Shown in pieces: positions 34,671 through 46,320 of a stretch of DNA of 64,000 nucleotides. Source of the DNA: Cladosporium halotolerans. Lineage: Eukaryota. Every line of letters begins with the position of its first letter. The first letter of the stretch is position 1. A program made the position numbers and the translations under genes. The stretch covers positions 806,001 to 870,000 of the forward strand of contig NW_027191456.1 in assembly GCF_011745625.1 (NCBI RefSeq). The letters run 5' to 3'. Under the pieces are notes generated by a model. It was not told the DNA's origin. It searched no databases and worked only from the letters and a program-made list of their open reading frames with translations.

Positions 34671-37019
34671 TCAAGCCCTCCCAATGAGCTTCCGAAAAGC
34701 ATACTTCCCAGCGCCGGTGTGATTCCCCGCAACGTGAAAGCGCATCTTCGCGATCTTCGCCTCCCTGTGCTCTATGCCCTTGAACTCGTCCGCGGGCACA
34801 TGTTCAAGCGCAGCAACCAGCAACTGCGTCGAGCTGCGGTGCTTCCTTCGATCAACAAGGCCAAAGACGATTTGAATGAGAACCACGCATACACCCAGCA
34901 AAGCGACGGTGAACCCGAGCTTGGAGGTACGACTGCCCAGGCCGTAGGCCCAGACGTACATCTTCGCGTGGCGGACCAGCAGCGGATGGTCCGCTCTCGC
35001 ATTCTGGAACGTCACGCCGGGCGCGGCCTTCTCGGTATTGAAGTCGATCAGAGTAAGCGCCTGCATGACTGGAAGCAGGGCCACGATGTCGAGAGGGTAG
35101 CTATCATTTCCCCTTGGCGCTATGCCCCAACGCATCTGATCTAATGTGTGGACTACCTCCCTTGCCAAAGTACGATTTGTAGAAACCACGCCATTGTTGT
35201 CCACTGTCCAAGCTGCTAAGATCCAAGCCGGGTCGACGTAGATCGAACTGCCCGTCCGGGGGAGGAAAGCGGTCTGGGCGATCGTTGCTGGGTTCGTGAG
35301 AGGCGATGGATCCACTTGATAGGTGGTGAAGTTGAGGAAAGCAACGAAGTCGACCGTAAATCTGAGGGCGGGCTCATCCTTGCCAGACTTCGTCAACATC
35401 TCAATGGTGGTGACATTCTGAGTGCGATTGAACACGTCATTTTGAGCATCGGTCTCGAACAACCTGTCCCAATCACAGCCGACCGATGCTGGCAATTGGC
35501 CCTCTATAAGACATTCTGGAGGAAGCCAGGATGGTAGTGCGCCGTCTTTGAAGAATTGCGCCTTATCCGAAGAGAATATGGAGACACCGACGTCTGGGCT
35601 AAAGGAACCTGTCCGATTGTCGTGCTCACCAAGGATTGTGAAGTCGTAATGCTTGTTCCTCGGGCTCCAACCCTCACCGGCCCTTATGCACTTGGTGTAG
35701 TTGACACTGGAGTTGGTCACTATGAAAGGAGTAAGTCCCAATTGGTAGCCCAGGTAGCAGCGTATCTGACGGCCGTCGTCGATTATTGTCGTCCTGGTAA
35801 GCTCGTTGTTCAGATCTGCGTGCACCTGGACGAGGCTGCCAAGGATGGGGCCATTTCTTTGGATACTGAGTAGCAGCGACCGATTGTAGCTTGCGTAGCT
35901 CTCGGGCGTGTTCACCAAGCTGCTTTTCTTGGTTATTTTGTACACCTCGTCCAGCTCAGACCTTGCGAAGCCCAAAGATGTCGCCATCATCCACTGGAGG
36001 TCGTCGTCCAGATTGGATATCATTTGTCGAGCAGGGGCCCACCATGTCAGGTCGTAATAAGCCTGGTTGGCGTAGACGTTGGAGGTTGCACTGAATGATT
36101 GGTTGACCATGAACTTGACGTTGAACTCCTGTGTCTGTCCATAGACGTATTCGCCAGATGCAAGATAATCTTCGACCCAGGCGTCTAGCTTCCAGGCGTA
36201 AGGAGCGGCAGCGCAAGATAACTGAAGATTGGTGAAGTTCTCCGACGAGCAATGCGGTGTCCGCCAATAGAAGTAGCTATCATTGAATGGAAAGGCCTCT
36301 GCATTGCTAGACGTGAAAATCTGATCTCCGATCAATGGCGTTTCTATCCACTGCAAGCTTGGGATTGCTAATACGGCAGTCGCAGGACCCATCAAATTGC
36401 AGAGGATGCAAAGGAATACAGTAAAGCCGATGAATAAGTAGACCCGGATGCGGTATCTCATTCGGGAACGCACTGCTTTCAAGTTGAAAAGGCCCGGTAA
36501 AGTTCTCCATAACAGAGGATCTACCATGCTTGGTAGATATGAGAAGTAGCTCGGTCTTGTGAGGAATCCGATGGGGAGACCATCCTTCTTTTCCGCAATA
36601 TGGAAGGTGATGAGATATACCAAAGCCACTGCGATGAGCTCAAACCAGATTTCGAGGGCTTTCGCAGCAAGCTGCAGTCCTCCCAGTAAGTTGTGATCGC
36701 GTCTATCGAAGGACTGCAGGTTGCTTTGAGGAACTGAGCTGACGGGATTGAACCAGCCAACGAAACAGTCCTGATTCGGGCAGTAGGCGCTAGGGCCGAT
36801 GATGTACTTCTTCAGGTTCAGTGTCAAGAGCGCAATGATGGGCAGCATCCAGAAGAAGGATGCTATTTGGACAAGGAGGGTCATCGGCCAACGCCTTTTT
36901 TCCGAAAGCTGCAATTCATTCTCCAGTTCCAGCGTCGCTTCAGAAATACGCCTGTTGCGGTTGTTAGACGGATAGTCGCAAAGGCTGATCGCCTCAACTT
37001 GATCTTGTAGCTGTGACAT
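34671..37019 (-). CDS. Hypothetical multi-pass membrane glycoprotein (782 aa)
   Basis: Long intronless ORF; three N-terminal and one C-terminal hydrophobic segments around a domain rich in N-x-S/T sequons. Confidence 0.8.
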   Translation of the reverse strand: MSQLQDQVEAISLCDYPSNNRNRRISEATLELENELQLSEKRRWPMTLLVQIASFFWMLPIIALLTLNLKKYIIGPSAYCPNQDCFVGWFNPVSSVPQSNLQSFDRRDHNLLGGLQLAAKALEIWFELIAVALVYLITFHIAEKKDGLPIGFLTRPSYFSYLPSMVDPLLWRTLPGLFNLKAVRSRMRYRIRVYLFIGFTVFLCILCNLMGPATAVLAIPSLQWIETPLIGDQIFTSSNAEAFPFNDSYFYWRTPHCSSENFTNLQLSCAAAPYAWKLDAWVEDYLASGEYVYGQTQEFNVKFMVNQSFSATSNVYANQAYYDLTWWAPARQMISNLDDDLQWMMATSLGFARSELDEVYKITKKSSLVNTPESYASYNRSLLLSIQRNGPILGSLVQVHADLNNELTRTTIIDDGRQIRCYLGYQLGLTPFIVTNSSVNYTKCIRAGEGWSPRNKHYDFTILGEHDNRTGSFSPDVGVSIFSSDKAQFFKDGALPSWLPPECLIEGQLPASVGCDWDRLFETDAQNDVFNRTQNVTTIEMLTKSGKDEPALRFTVDFVAFLNFTTYQVDPSPLTNPATIAQTAFLPRTGSSIYVDPAWILAAWTVDNNGVVSTNRTLAREVVHTLDQMRWGIAPRGNDSYPLDIVALLPVMQALTLIDFNTEKAAPGVTFQNARADHPLLVRHAKMYVWAYGLGSRTSKLGFTVALLGVCVVLIQIVFGLVDRRKHRSSTQLLVAALEHVPADEFKGIEHREAKIAKMRFHVAGNHTGAGKYAFRKLIGRA

Positions 37020-37852
37020 TCTGCCGTACGATACTCTTCATGTCAGGTTGAAGGGGAACAGTCTGTAGGCCGTCACTGCGGGAGCGGAGGCTCAGGAGGA
37101 GTCATTAAGTAATCGCCAAATACAAATGGTATGCAGTGCATCGGATCGAGGGCCGCATGTGCTTCCTGAGGCTCAAGGCAGCACAACATGAGGCTTGCCG
37201 GGGGCATGGTCCTATAGTCAGGCCACCTGCACGGTCTGTAACACAACGCCAGGGTAATGCATTGCAGCTCTGTTGAAGGCTGGATAATGACAGCTACCGT
37301 ACCACAGCTGCCTGTCTTGTTCGGCGAATGAGGCAAAGCCCTCAATCGAGGCGGTCGCCACCAGCTGTTGGTAGGACGCGCCGCGATTTTGCCCTCGACG
37401 GTGGAGAAAAAGGTAGCAAGGAGCATGTTCACATAGCTAAGCAGAGTTTGTTATCCCGGAAGAGCTGGGATCTTAGTGTCAAGAAGCGACATGCAGCATC
37501 TGAAAGAAGGTGAGGTCCGGAAGGGCGCCCGGCGGCCAGTCGAAGCCTGGGAATCCGCCAAGCAAAACCGGGGAGCGAGAACATTGGGCAGCGTTCGGAA
37601 CGAGGCAACGCCACGCTGACATGCCTCTGGCCCCCAAAGGTGAGTGCAGGTCGGAGAGACAAGGCTGTGGTCGAGGTGCTTGAACCCACACGAGCCTATT
37701 GGAGAGGCTCGGCCGGCTCACCATGTTACTCGGGTACCTCGGAAATCGACCATGTGGTGCTATTCAAGGATGGCATGAAAATAGGCGTTGGGAAAAGACA
37801 TCGAAGACTCCGATACGGTGCAGTTCTCATGCACAAAGAGCTTTCTAACCGA

Positions 37853-39145
37853 CTAGCAGCCACCGACTGGAACACCAAAAAGCCACGTCAGAGCCAGCAG
37901 CCGTGACCGACCCTCGCTCGCCGATATCTTTAGTAACCTCGTGGCTGCTCGATCACTTGTCTCCAGCCAGCCCAGAAAGAAGGATCTCGTCGAACTGACG
38001 CGCGGCCGTTGCGATAGCATGGCGAGAGAGTATGCAGAGGTCGCCGGACCCTCCTCGCCCTCCGACCGCCTCAAAACCTCCCCCACGCTGAGCTGATTTC
38101 CAACGCCCCTCGCACGCCGGAAAAGCCGCGCCCAAGGCTCCTCAGCCGCAACCAATGCGCGATCGAAAGGCGACGAGGCAACAACAGTCTCGCTCAGCCC
38201 GGCTGACGCCTGACGCAGAAACTGAAGGTACGTCTTGACAGCGCGCAGCGCGTCGTTCGCGCGACAGTCAGGCAGCTGGCCGTTCTTGTGCGTCCACAGA
38301 CTTGAGGCGTGATAGGGATGTTCGACTTGCCGAACATTCCCGAGGTCGCCCAGGCGCCACGAGGCGCTGCTTTGGTTGTCGGAGGGCGCGTCGACGAAGA
38401 TGTTGCCGGGCTTGACGTCGTCGTGGCAGTAGCCCTGCGCGTGGAGGCGTCCGAGAGACCGCAGGAGGTGGTTGAAGCTGCTGCGGTATCGGATGTCGAG
38501 CTGCCGCATGTCCTTGGAGTCATTGCGCCCGCTCCGAGCTAGGTTGTCTGCCAGCGCGTGTAACGAGCCACCCTCCATCAGCGGCGTCACGAGGTGCCAT
38601 TGCGGTTCGTGCATGGGTGGCGTGTCCGCAAGAAACACATCTCGCACAGAAACGAAGCCTTCGTCGTTGCCGAAGATAAGAGTCGCTGGGATTTCTGCTG
38701 GCCATCGCGACGACTTGTCTCTGACTAATGACTGTGCTCTTTCGTTTGGCAATTGACAATTGCGAAACGGACTCTGCTCAGGTTTGAAGGTCTTCACCAC
38801 CTCTCCGTTCCATGCATAGGTGCTACCCTCCCATCCTGATCCCAGCGGACTCCAATCTGGTCTCGCTGCGAGAAGACTGCTTCGTTTGGTGGAACCGATC
38901 CCGTCCGCTGTGTTGACGTATTGCTCGAGCACTTGCGAATAGCTGGAGAAGTCGGTCGCTGTGTATTTCGCCTTCAACGCAAGTATTGATAGAGTATGCA
39001 ACCGAATTATTTGCAGCGTACAGCAAACACCAAGGATCAATGCCAGCCGGCGTATGACGTTGCGCTTCAAACTATATTTGGCGCGTGAATGTCTATACCG
39101 CGTCGTACGCGCTTGTAAAGTGTGTAGTCCCTTGTAGTCGGTCAT
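37853..39145 (-). CDS. Protein kinase-like protein with N-terminal signal anchor
   Basis: LGSGWEGSTY, VVKTF, LVTPLMEGGSL, HDDVKPGNIF, LGDLG; hydrophobic LALILGVCCTLQII after basic residues. Confidence 0.8.
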   Translation of the reverse strand: MTDYKGLHTLQARTTRYRHSRAKYSLKRNVIRRLALILGVCCTLQIIRLHTLSILALKAKYTATDFSSYSQVLEQYVNTADGIGSTKRSSLLAARPDWSPLGSGWEGSTYAWNGEVVKTFKPEQSPFRNCQLPNERAQSLVRDKSSRWPAEIPATLIFGNDEGFVSVRDVFLADTPPMHEPQWHLVTPLMEGGSLHALADNLARSGRNDSKDMRQLDIRYRSSFNHLLRSLGRLHAQGYCHDDVKPGNIFVDAPSDNQSSASWRLGDLGNVRQVEHPYHASSLWTHKNGQLPDCRANDALRAVKTYLQFLRQASAGLSETVVASSPFDRALVAAEEPWARLFRRARGVGNQLSVGEVLRRSEGEEGPATSAYSLAMLSQRPRVSSTRSFFLGWLETSDRAATRLLKISASEGRSRLLALTWLFGVPVGGC

Positions 39146-39635
39146 CAATGCAATCGCCAAACAAATTGTATAGATGGTAAGCCATGATTATCGACAATAC
39201 CGCCGCACGCCTTTTCTTTACATAGTGCTTCCACCGTATCGTCCGCAATCCTGTTTGTCGACGCCGAGCAATCCGGTGTTGGCAACGCTGCGTCCGGCGA
39301 CGCCACAGCAAGGCTGAGCGGAGCGTTTGTTGGCAGCGACCAATGAGTGCTGCAGCAAGACATGCTGGCAAGCTCGCCCGTTGTCGCAAAGCCACGCTTA
39401 TCGGATAAGTCGGTGAATCAAGCATGAATTGTCAATAAATAGTATACTAGCACGTGTGGCTCGGGCAGAATTTGTGCCTGAAACGAATAGATTCCGCGGA
39501 GAGGTTGCTAAGCGCAAAGTGCTCAATGGCTCTCCCAAAAAGTGACGTCGCTCAATAAAAAGCATCTACAATCGCCCGCGGCCGGAGAATTCCTTCCACT
39601 ATGGCTCCGCGCTCCGCGCAACAAAAGCGACCCGT

Positions 39636-40368
39636 TCACTGGCTGTAGCGACGGCTGCCGGTCAACAAAAGCCTTGAGCCCGATGAAGCAGGAGCACGAC
39701 CTAACTGCAAGACGTTCGCGATCTGCCTCGCACCAAGAAAGTCCAGCAAGGTAGCCAACTTGTGGACGCCGTCTCCCCTTGATGCAAATCTATCGCGATC
39801 GCGGAACGTGTCATGTTCTCGAATACCGCAGTCGAAAGGATCATGTGGATACAGCTCGTAGTCTTCAAGAAGGCCATCGAGTAGGCTCTCAGACATGGCC
39901 ATCAGGTCCGACAGACGCATCGGCATCGAAAAGTCGAGGGGATACCGCCCGTCGATGCGAACCTTCGGTTGGATCAAAGTGGTGCGTGTCACGGGGTCGA
40001 TCGAAGCGTTGGTCAGACTTGCGTTTTGATTGATCCTCGAAGGACGTTAGAGTGGTGCCTCATTCGGATCAAAGATGCCCCCATCTAACGAAGACATACT
40101 TTCTAACGAGATCATCAATATCCCGCCTCAAGCCTCCGTAATGCTGCGGGTGGTAATGTCGAGAAGGATGGCTCAATCTTGCGAGCAAATCATCTTGGTG
40201 TCTATCGAAAGATCCGCGGACATAGTCGTCATGTCGTATCGATCGTGGGACATCCTCGGCAGTGTAGAGTTGACTGGCAGGGTCATATTCCAGGCTGTAG
40301 AGACCATTGGCTTCTGAGCGCAGGACGCTGGCGTCCATATACGGACCAGTCCTCGTATGGCGGAACAT
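39636..40368 (-). CDS. Hypothetical two-exon protein
   Basis: Exon 40368-40100, intron from GTATGT (40099) with CTAAC branch to GAG (40036), exon 40035-39636 in frame. Confidence 0.6.
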
Positions 40369-41219
40369 TCTAGATTCTTTCGTCGACACGAGTCTTGATG
40401 TGGCTCAAGACTGTGAGATATATATATTTTTCCGACATATCACGATGAGGATTCATAGATTCATGTGGCAGGCAACCAGTTTCACGGCACCATCATCCTT
40501 GCAAACTCGAGCCTTGTGCTCACTAATGTAGGTTGCCGTTTAGCTGTGTGAGTTGAGGCTTCAAGGCCACCATTCGGCTCTGCTGCCAGCAAGGGGAGGT
40601 CCGCGTAGTTGCGGTGCTGCACCTCCGAAACATGCCAGGGTGATACTAGGGAACCCCGAAATGATCTCTTTTGGGCCGGGTGCATGCTCTCGTGGAGGTC
40701 CCCAGCATTTGAAGGAGGAGCCAGCGCAGGCGTCACCTGAATGCAAAGCCGCGAGCTCAGAGTTCGCGTGCACCGGATAGGGGCCACGATCGTTTCCCTC
40801 TCCAAACGACGCTGGCCCCATTGCTGGAGAAGATTGAGACCATGTCCAGGATACGCGACTAAGAACGAGGTGATTCGCTTCGAATATCATCCAGTGTCGG
40901 GACCTGCACAGAAGTGGCTGGAAGCTTCTGAATAGTTACCATGATAGGTATGGTCGAGGGACCCAAGTGTACGCTGCCAATCTTCGCAAGGTCGAGACTC
41001 CCGTGAATGGCCGTCAGACGCGGGCTATTCCGCAGGTTTTCCGCTGGTTTGCGTTGCACAGCAAGGATTGGTGTGTTGGCTAGAGCAGGAGCTGAGGTAG
41101 CCTCGCGGCCACGGGGGTGTTCCCCGCCGCATCAAACACAATTAAAGAGGCCTTGCCGCTGAGAATTGGATGCCTTTAAGTTACTTCAAGTGTGTTGCCA
41201 AACTAATGGAAAGCCTGCT

Positions 41220-41670
41220 TCACTCGTCGTCATCCACAAACTCAAAGATGGGCCGGCTCATAGTAGCGGTGATAGTGCGTTTGTGACCAGATGTAGTAGC
41301 ACTTTCGTCCTTCTGAACATCGAAATCAGTGGTTGGAGAAGGTACCGGTACTCCAGCTAAGCTGAAGCGCCGCCGATGGCCATCCGGCCGCGCCTTGAGG
41401 CTGGGTGCTCGTGGCCGTTGGTGTCCGCGTGCTCGGCCGCCAACGTGCGGCACGTCAAAAGTTGCAGATCGCCACAAGTATAAGGCAATGTCGTACACCA
41501 ACAGAAGTATCCATGGACCGAACGTGATAGCAGCGAGCAGAAACTGTGGTTATCTTAGTATGGCTTGTACATAGGCATGTGGCAGCAAGCAATTGGTGGC
41601 GTACAAATAATCGGATCAGCCAGGTCTCGACTATCTCCAGAGACTGGGGCAGTATGGAGAAGAGGCCCAT
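41220..41670 (-). CDS. Small fungal membrane protein
   Basis: Exons 41670-41605 and 41543-41220 (intron GTACGC..CAG); MGLFSILP..ETWLIRLFFLLAAITFGPWILLLVYDIALYLWR..GGRARG..RPRAPSL. Confidence 0.75.
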
Positions 41671-42327
41671 GTCCTCGAAATGTCTCGCTATAACGTGGTG
41701 GAGGAAAGACTGAAATACTATGTGGCCATGTGTGGGCGGATTGTGACGATGGCAGCACAAGGGCTGTGAGTGAGAGAGCTTGGACCAGCTCAACGGCGCA
41801 AGCGCAGAGACCCCATGGGCGAGCCAAAGCATACTCAAGCCACCTACAGTGCATGCATTGCTTGCTGGATGTCAGGCCTCTGCTGCCGCCTTCAATGACC
41901 GTACGTACTTCATGTCGCAGACTCCGCAGAGTGACTGCCGCCGTGTACGATTCAGCCGTGGCTGAGCACCGGTGAGGCCGTCCCGCGCAGGTAGGGTGAC
42001 CGCGAGCGCGCATCCAATCAGCTCGCAGCCGCCGCGAGCTTGACGGTCTGTAGGTAGCGAGGCTGCAAGGCATGGAGGGGCAAGGCAGCAGTGTGGCACA
42101 GTGCAGCACAGCACACGGCACACCTCTTCCGGCGCTCTGGTCATCACACGAGGTCGACTTGCGATCTCTCTTCGCTGTGCTGCCCTACTCTCCATCATCT
42201 CCATCATCGTCTCCCTCGCCCATGCGCCGGCCGCGTTGCCGCTCCACGTCTCCTTAGAGCTCACCACCGTGGCAAGGCCGTGAGCTCCAGAACACTGACT
42301 ACCGAATTCGACCAAGGCGCTATCACA

Positions 42328-44175
42328 ATGGCGGCTCAGGCAGGGCAGTGTATGAGTCCCAAGCAGGACAAGATTGTGCACCGGCACGTGCGATCATTGT
42401 CTTGGGAAGGGAATCTCAACCCAGAGAGCTTTGCGGAAACACACCCGGTTCCTATTCTCAGACCTGAAGAAGTAGAGCGGACACATCGTCCAGTGCCAGA
42501 CTCCTTCAACACCTCTACCAGTTCAGTCGTCGATCCACGAGACTTTATCAACTTGCAGCACGAGCTCAAAGGCTTGCCAGTAGGCACGGATACGATCAGC
42601 CACCCTGGACCTCATGGATACATCGATTCGATTGACCACCTTCATGCCTCGATCATTGAAGAGCAAAGCCCTCTCATAGCGGCTTCTTTCGAGCAGTCTC
42701 GATCTGGCAAACGTCTGCACCTTGACACACTATCGTGGCAGACAGCCATGCCCTTCGTTCACTTCCTCTACACCGGCTCGTACGCCATGTCTGGGGACTG
42801 GGAGGATGTTCCCACCTCGGTCCTGCTACACTGCAAGATGTTCCACCTCGGCGACATCTACGACCTCCCAGACCTCAGATCGCAAGCCTACGTCAACGTG
42901 CTCCGTCAGTGCGAGTTCGGCTGCTCGTCGCCAGATAAGCCTATCGAGCTGTGTGCCGCCATCGAGTTCGCCTACCAAAATCTTCCTAGCCAAGCGTCCA
43001 TCACGGATGCAATCGTGCACTACTGCGTATCGTGCTTCCTCAGCCACAGACTAGGTGACGACGCTGGATTCAGGGACCTCTCATACCGCCTCAGAGCTTT
43101 CCACCAGGACCTCGCCAAGGCGTGCATGAGCAGAGGCTTCGCCGACGAGTCCGCTGCAGCTATCATTCAGTTGCCATACAAACACTACACACCAGAAACA
43201 TATGCATCGATAGAGAACCCTGCGATCGCGGGGTTCCAGGACCTCATACACCACTTCCACAGCTCGGACCGCTTCGACGATGACAGCTTGCGTAGGAAAC
43301 GGCAGCGAGTGCAGTTCGGCAAAACGGAAGAGCCATCGGGCAAGTTCGCTATGGAAGAAGAGGATCCAGAAATAAAGCAGTTTTCCCTCGCCTTCCGGCC
43401 CAACGCCGCCGGATCCATGCCGCCCATCACGCAACAGCGTGAACCAGACGCTCACCACTCCACACTTCCCATCCGCTCGCGTCCCGCAAACTCAGTCGCC
43501 ACAGTCAGGAGCATCGCATCCTACAAAAACAAATTCCCATCCATCTTCAAGCGCAGATCCATCGACAAGACGTACGGGAAATCCGCGCCTGGGACTTTCT
43601 CGCAGTTCGTCAAAGCGCATAAAGACAAGATCAAAATCGAAAAGGACGAGGTCAAGAAAGAAGAGTCTGATGAGGAGTGGACAAGCCAGACTCGTCTGCT
43701 CGCGGGACAGGCCAGTAAGAAGAGCAGTGTCGGTTCGAGCGATCAACTCCAGCCGTACGGGTCGGCGGAGACTGCTGGGTCGGATTTCAACCCTGCTTGG
43801 ACGTTTGAGAGATATCAGGCGATCGGGGAAAGGCGCAGCACGACAGACCATTTGCCGGACGAGAGTGACGGCGAATCGCCAGAATATGAAAACTTGCCTC
43901 CACCTGCCTCTTTCGAGCCTCTACCGACCTGCAATGGCCCCTTGCCAGTGTCCTCAGTCGTCTACGACCCTCCAACCGCGCGCGGCACGATCACGCCAGA
44001 TCTCGGCGGGTTTGAGAGCGATGACGAGGACTCGGACGACTTCAGCTGGGTCGATGTGCCTCTGCAAGGGACTGAGGCCGCAGCGGGATCGAATGCCAGG
44101 GCAAACACTCGCGGGAGTGCCAGCGGTCAGTCGTCTGATTCTGAGTGGGATTTTTGCGAGACGCGCATGACATGA
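42328..44175 (+). CDS. BTB/POZ-like domain protein with disordered acidic C-terminus
   Basis: HASIIEEQSPLI..FVHFLYTGSY..LLHCKMFHLGDIYDLPDLRSQA matches the fungal BTB pattern; start cacaATGG. Confidence 0.75.
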   Translation: MAAQAGQCMSPKQDKIVHRHVRSLSWEGNLNPESFAETHPVPILRPEEVERTHRPVPDSFNTSTSSVVDPRDFINLQHELKGLPVGTDTISHPGPHGYIDSIDHLHASIIEEQSPLIAASFEQSRSGKRLHLDTLSWQTAMPFVHFLYTGSYAMSGDWEDVPTSVLLHCKMFHLGDIYDLPDLRSQAYVNVLRQCEFGCSSPDKPIELCAAIEFAYQNLPSQASITDAIVHYCVSCFLSHRLGDDAGFRDLSYRLRAFHQDLAKACMSRGFADESAAAIIQLPYKHYTPETYASIENPAIAGFQDLIHHFHSSDRFDDDSLRRKRQRVQFGKTEEPSGKFAMEEEDPEIKQFSLAFRPNAAGSMPPITQQREPDAHHSTLPIRSRPANSVATVRSIASYKNKFPSIFKRRSIDKTYGKSAPGTFSQFVKAHKDKIKIEKDEVKKEESDEEWTSQTRLLAGQASKKSSVGSSDQLQPYGSAETAGSDFNPAWTFERYQAIGERRSTTDHLPDESDGESPEYENLPPPASFEPLPTCNGPLPVSSVVYDPPTARGTITPDLGGFESDDEDSDDFSWVDVPLQGTEAAAGSNARANTRGSASGQSSDSEWDFCETRMT

Positions 44176-44655
44176 TTCTTTTTCTTTTTCACTCGGTCTC
44201 TCAGTCATTGACATGGGATTCTGGTCGCTGCAAGGGAAAAGGTCCTTGTAAGAGACACAGTGATGGCTGGGGGCGTTGACAGAAACGAAGTCGTCAGGAC
44301 GCGTTGCTTTCTCGATTAGAGTGAAGGGCCTCTTGCAGTCTGTAGCTAATGGATCGATTGTTTTTTACACACACTCCACCAATCATTATGGCTTGAACCG
44401 TGTATGGTAGTAAGAGAGGGTTGTTTTGACACATGGAGAAGGACGTAAAGGCGGCGATGGAGAAAAGTGCAACTTCGAATGATAATGCTTTCGGCTCATT
44501 ATTTACAAAGCCCGTATAAGTTGTATTTTCTAGCATCAAAGAAACAATCGTCGACTTTTGCTCAGCCGAAGAGACCCTTCCACCTTTTTGCCCAAACAAC
44601 AAGAACGCCGAGCCAAATGCAATTGAACTGAACTGATTAGCACAGAGCCCATCGA

Positions 44656-45795
44656 TTAAGCCTTGACGGGCTTCCTGCCGACCATGAGGTACATGGGGGT
44701 GAAGAGCTTTTCCTGGCCACCAGCGACGAGAGCATCGGCGGCAGTCGCGAGCGAGTCGGCGGTCTTCTGGGTGCCCTTGGGCGCGAAGCCGATGGTCTCA
44801 AGGCCGCCGACGAATTTGTGCACGATGCCGCGGCCGAGCTTGGTCATGCGGACGAGGGTGGGGAAGTCCCAGATGCTCTGCATGTACTTGAGCTGGCCGC
44901 TGAGCGGCCAGTACCAGGGCAGCTCGTCGTCGCGGTCCGCCAGGTCCTCGTTGACCTCGAGCTCGAAGCCGGCCGCCTTCATCGCCGCGACCGCCACCTC
45001 GATCTTCTCCATGTTGCTGATGCCGTCGCCCAGCTCGATGCCTAGGCGGATCTCGCGGTGGCGCGGGTTGTCGTTGTCGTACTTGTCCGTCATCAGCCAC
45101 TCGTACACGCCGAAGACGCCGCCGGGCTTGAGCACGCGGAAGATCTCGCTGTAGATGCCCTCGAGGCTGGGGGCGTGGACGGTCGCCTCGATGGCGTACA
45201 CGGCGTCGAAGCTGTTGTCCGGGAAGGCCATCTGCATGAAGTCACCCTTGGTGAAGGAGATCTGCTTGTCGAGGCCCTCCTTCTTCGCGTACGCGGTGCC
45301 GCGCTCGATCTGGTAGTCGTTGTTGTTGAAGCCCATCACGTTGCAGCCGGTGAACTTGGCGATCTCCCTCGCGGGGCCGCCGACACCGCAGCCGACGTCC
45401 AGCACGTTCATGCCCTCCTTCAGACCCATCTTCAGCGCAAGGTAGTGCTCGTGTCTGGCGGTGGCCTGCCTGAAGGGCTCGCCCTTGCTGTAGCGGGAGA
45501 AGTGGAAGCTCTGGCCCCAGCCGTACTCGTAGAGGTCGGTGGCGAGGTTGTAGTAGTGTCTGGTGAGGGTGGCATACTCGTTGCGGCGGGCCTCGCGGTC
45601 GGCGTCGGTCTCATCGGCGGCGGCCTTGTTGTCCCAGTGCTTGAAGTACTCGTCAACGGCGAGCTTCTGTGCGTCCTTGTTCTTGCCCATCATGTTCATG
45701 AAGGCATTGGAGTTCTGGCCGGTCTTGCCGTGCAGCGCGTTCTTGAAGGCGGCATCGCGTTCGAAGTCCTGGGCTTCGAGGGCGGTCTTGGACAT
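44656..45795 (-). CDS. ERG6: Sterol 24-C-methyltransferase (intronless)
   Basis: YEYGWGQSFHF, VLDVGCGVGGP, IEATVHAP, YEW, LFTPMYL. Confidence 0.97.
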   Translation of the reverse strand: MSKTALEAQDFERDAAFKNALHGKTGQNSNAFMNMMGKNKDAQKLAVDEYFKHWDNKAAADETDADREARRNEYATLTRHYYNLATDLYEYGWGQSFHFSRYSKGEPFRQATARHEHYLALKMGLKEGMNVLDVGCGVGGPAREIAKFTGCNVMGFNNNDYQIERGTAYAKKEGLDKQISFTKGDFMQMAFPDNSFDAVYAIEATVHAPSLEGIYSEIFRVLKPGGVFGVYEWLMTDKYDNDNPRHREIRLGIELGDGISNMEKIEVAVAAMKAAGFELEVNEDLADRDDELPWYWPLSGQLKYMQSIWDFPTLVRMTKLGRGIVHKFVGGLETIGFAPKGTQKTADSLATAADALVAGGQEKLFTPMYLMVGRKPVKA

Positions 45796-45982
45796 GGTTG
45801 CGGTTGAATGCAATGGAATTGGAGGGGAGTTGAGGGGCGGGGAGGCGGAGGATGGGTCAAGCCGAGAATGCGGTATGAAACAGATGTGGAGGGTGTGAAG
45901 ACGAACGAATGGGCGGACAGGTGTTTATGTGCGCCTAGGGGTAAATTGCAACCGCGGCGGTCTGTTCAACAAAATTCCCCAG

Positions 45983-45992
45983 ATCGTACGAG
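45983..45992. promoter_or_regulatory. Possible SREBP-type sterol regulatory element upstream of ERG6
   Basis: ATCGTACGAG ~190 bp upstream of the ERG6 ATG, near-palindromic; related CTCGTACCAC at ~46074 and E-box TCACGTGAC at 46111-46119; function is inferred. Confidence 0.3.
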
Positions 45993-46320
45993 GGGCGGCC
46001 ACGATGGCGCGGATAGGCTCTAGGAACAGGTTAGCGCCACCAAGGGTCTGCCGCTGGCTGGGGCTTCGTTCATCTCGTACCACACGTTATCTGGCCTCCA
46101 GGTAGGGCTTTCACGTGACTGTCGGTGATGTAAGCTTGGCGCGGGCCGAGATTTGTAGATGCGCAAGACCGAGCTTGTTACCAATACTGCATCCGTCTCG
46201 GCCTGGCGACCCTTTCTCAGCCCCCGTATCGCCGCCTAAAACATCCTTGAGTCGCTACATATCGCTTGAATCACCACTTCGACTACCAACCGCAGAGCGC
46301 TCCCGCGCCTGGACAGCAAA

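Noticed and set aside
37512..37530. GAGGTCCGGAAGGGCGCC resembling SRP RNA helix 8
   Set aside because: Helix does not extend; no suitably placed fungal Alu motif or terminator
45058..45807. Long ORFs antisense to ERG6 (similar ones at PDB1, RPL13 and POL1)
   Set aside because: Codon-bias shadows of real genes
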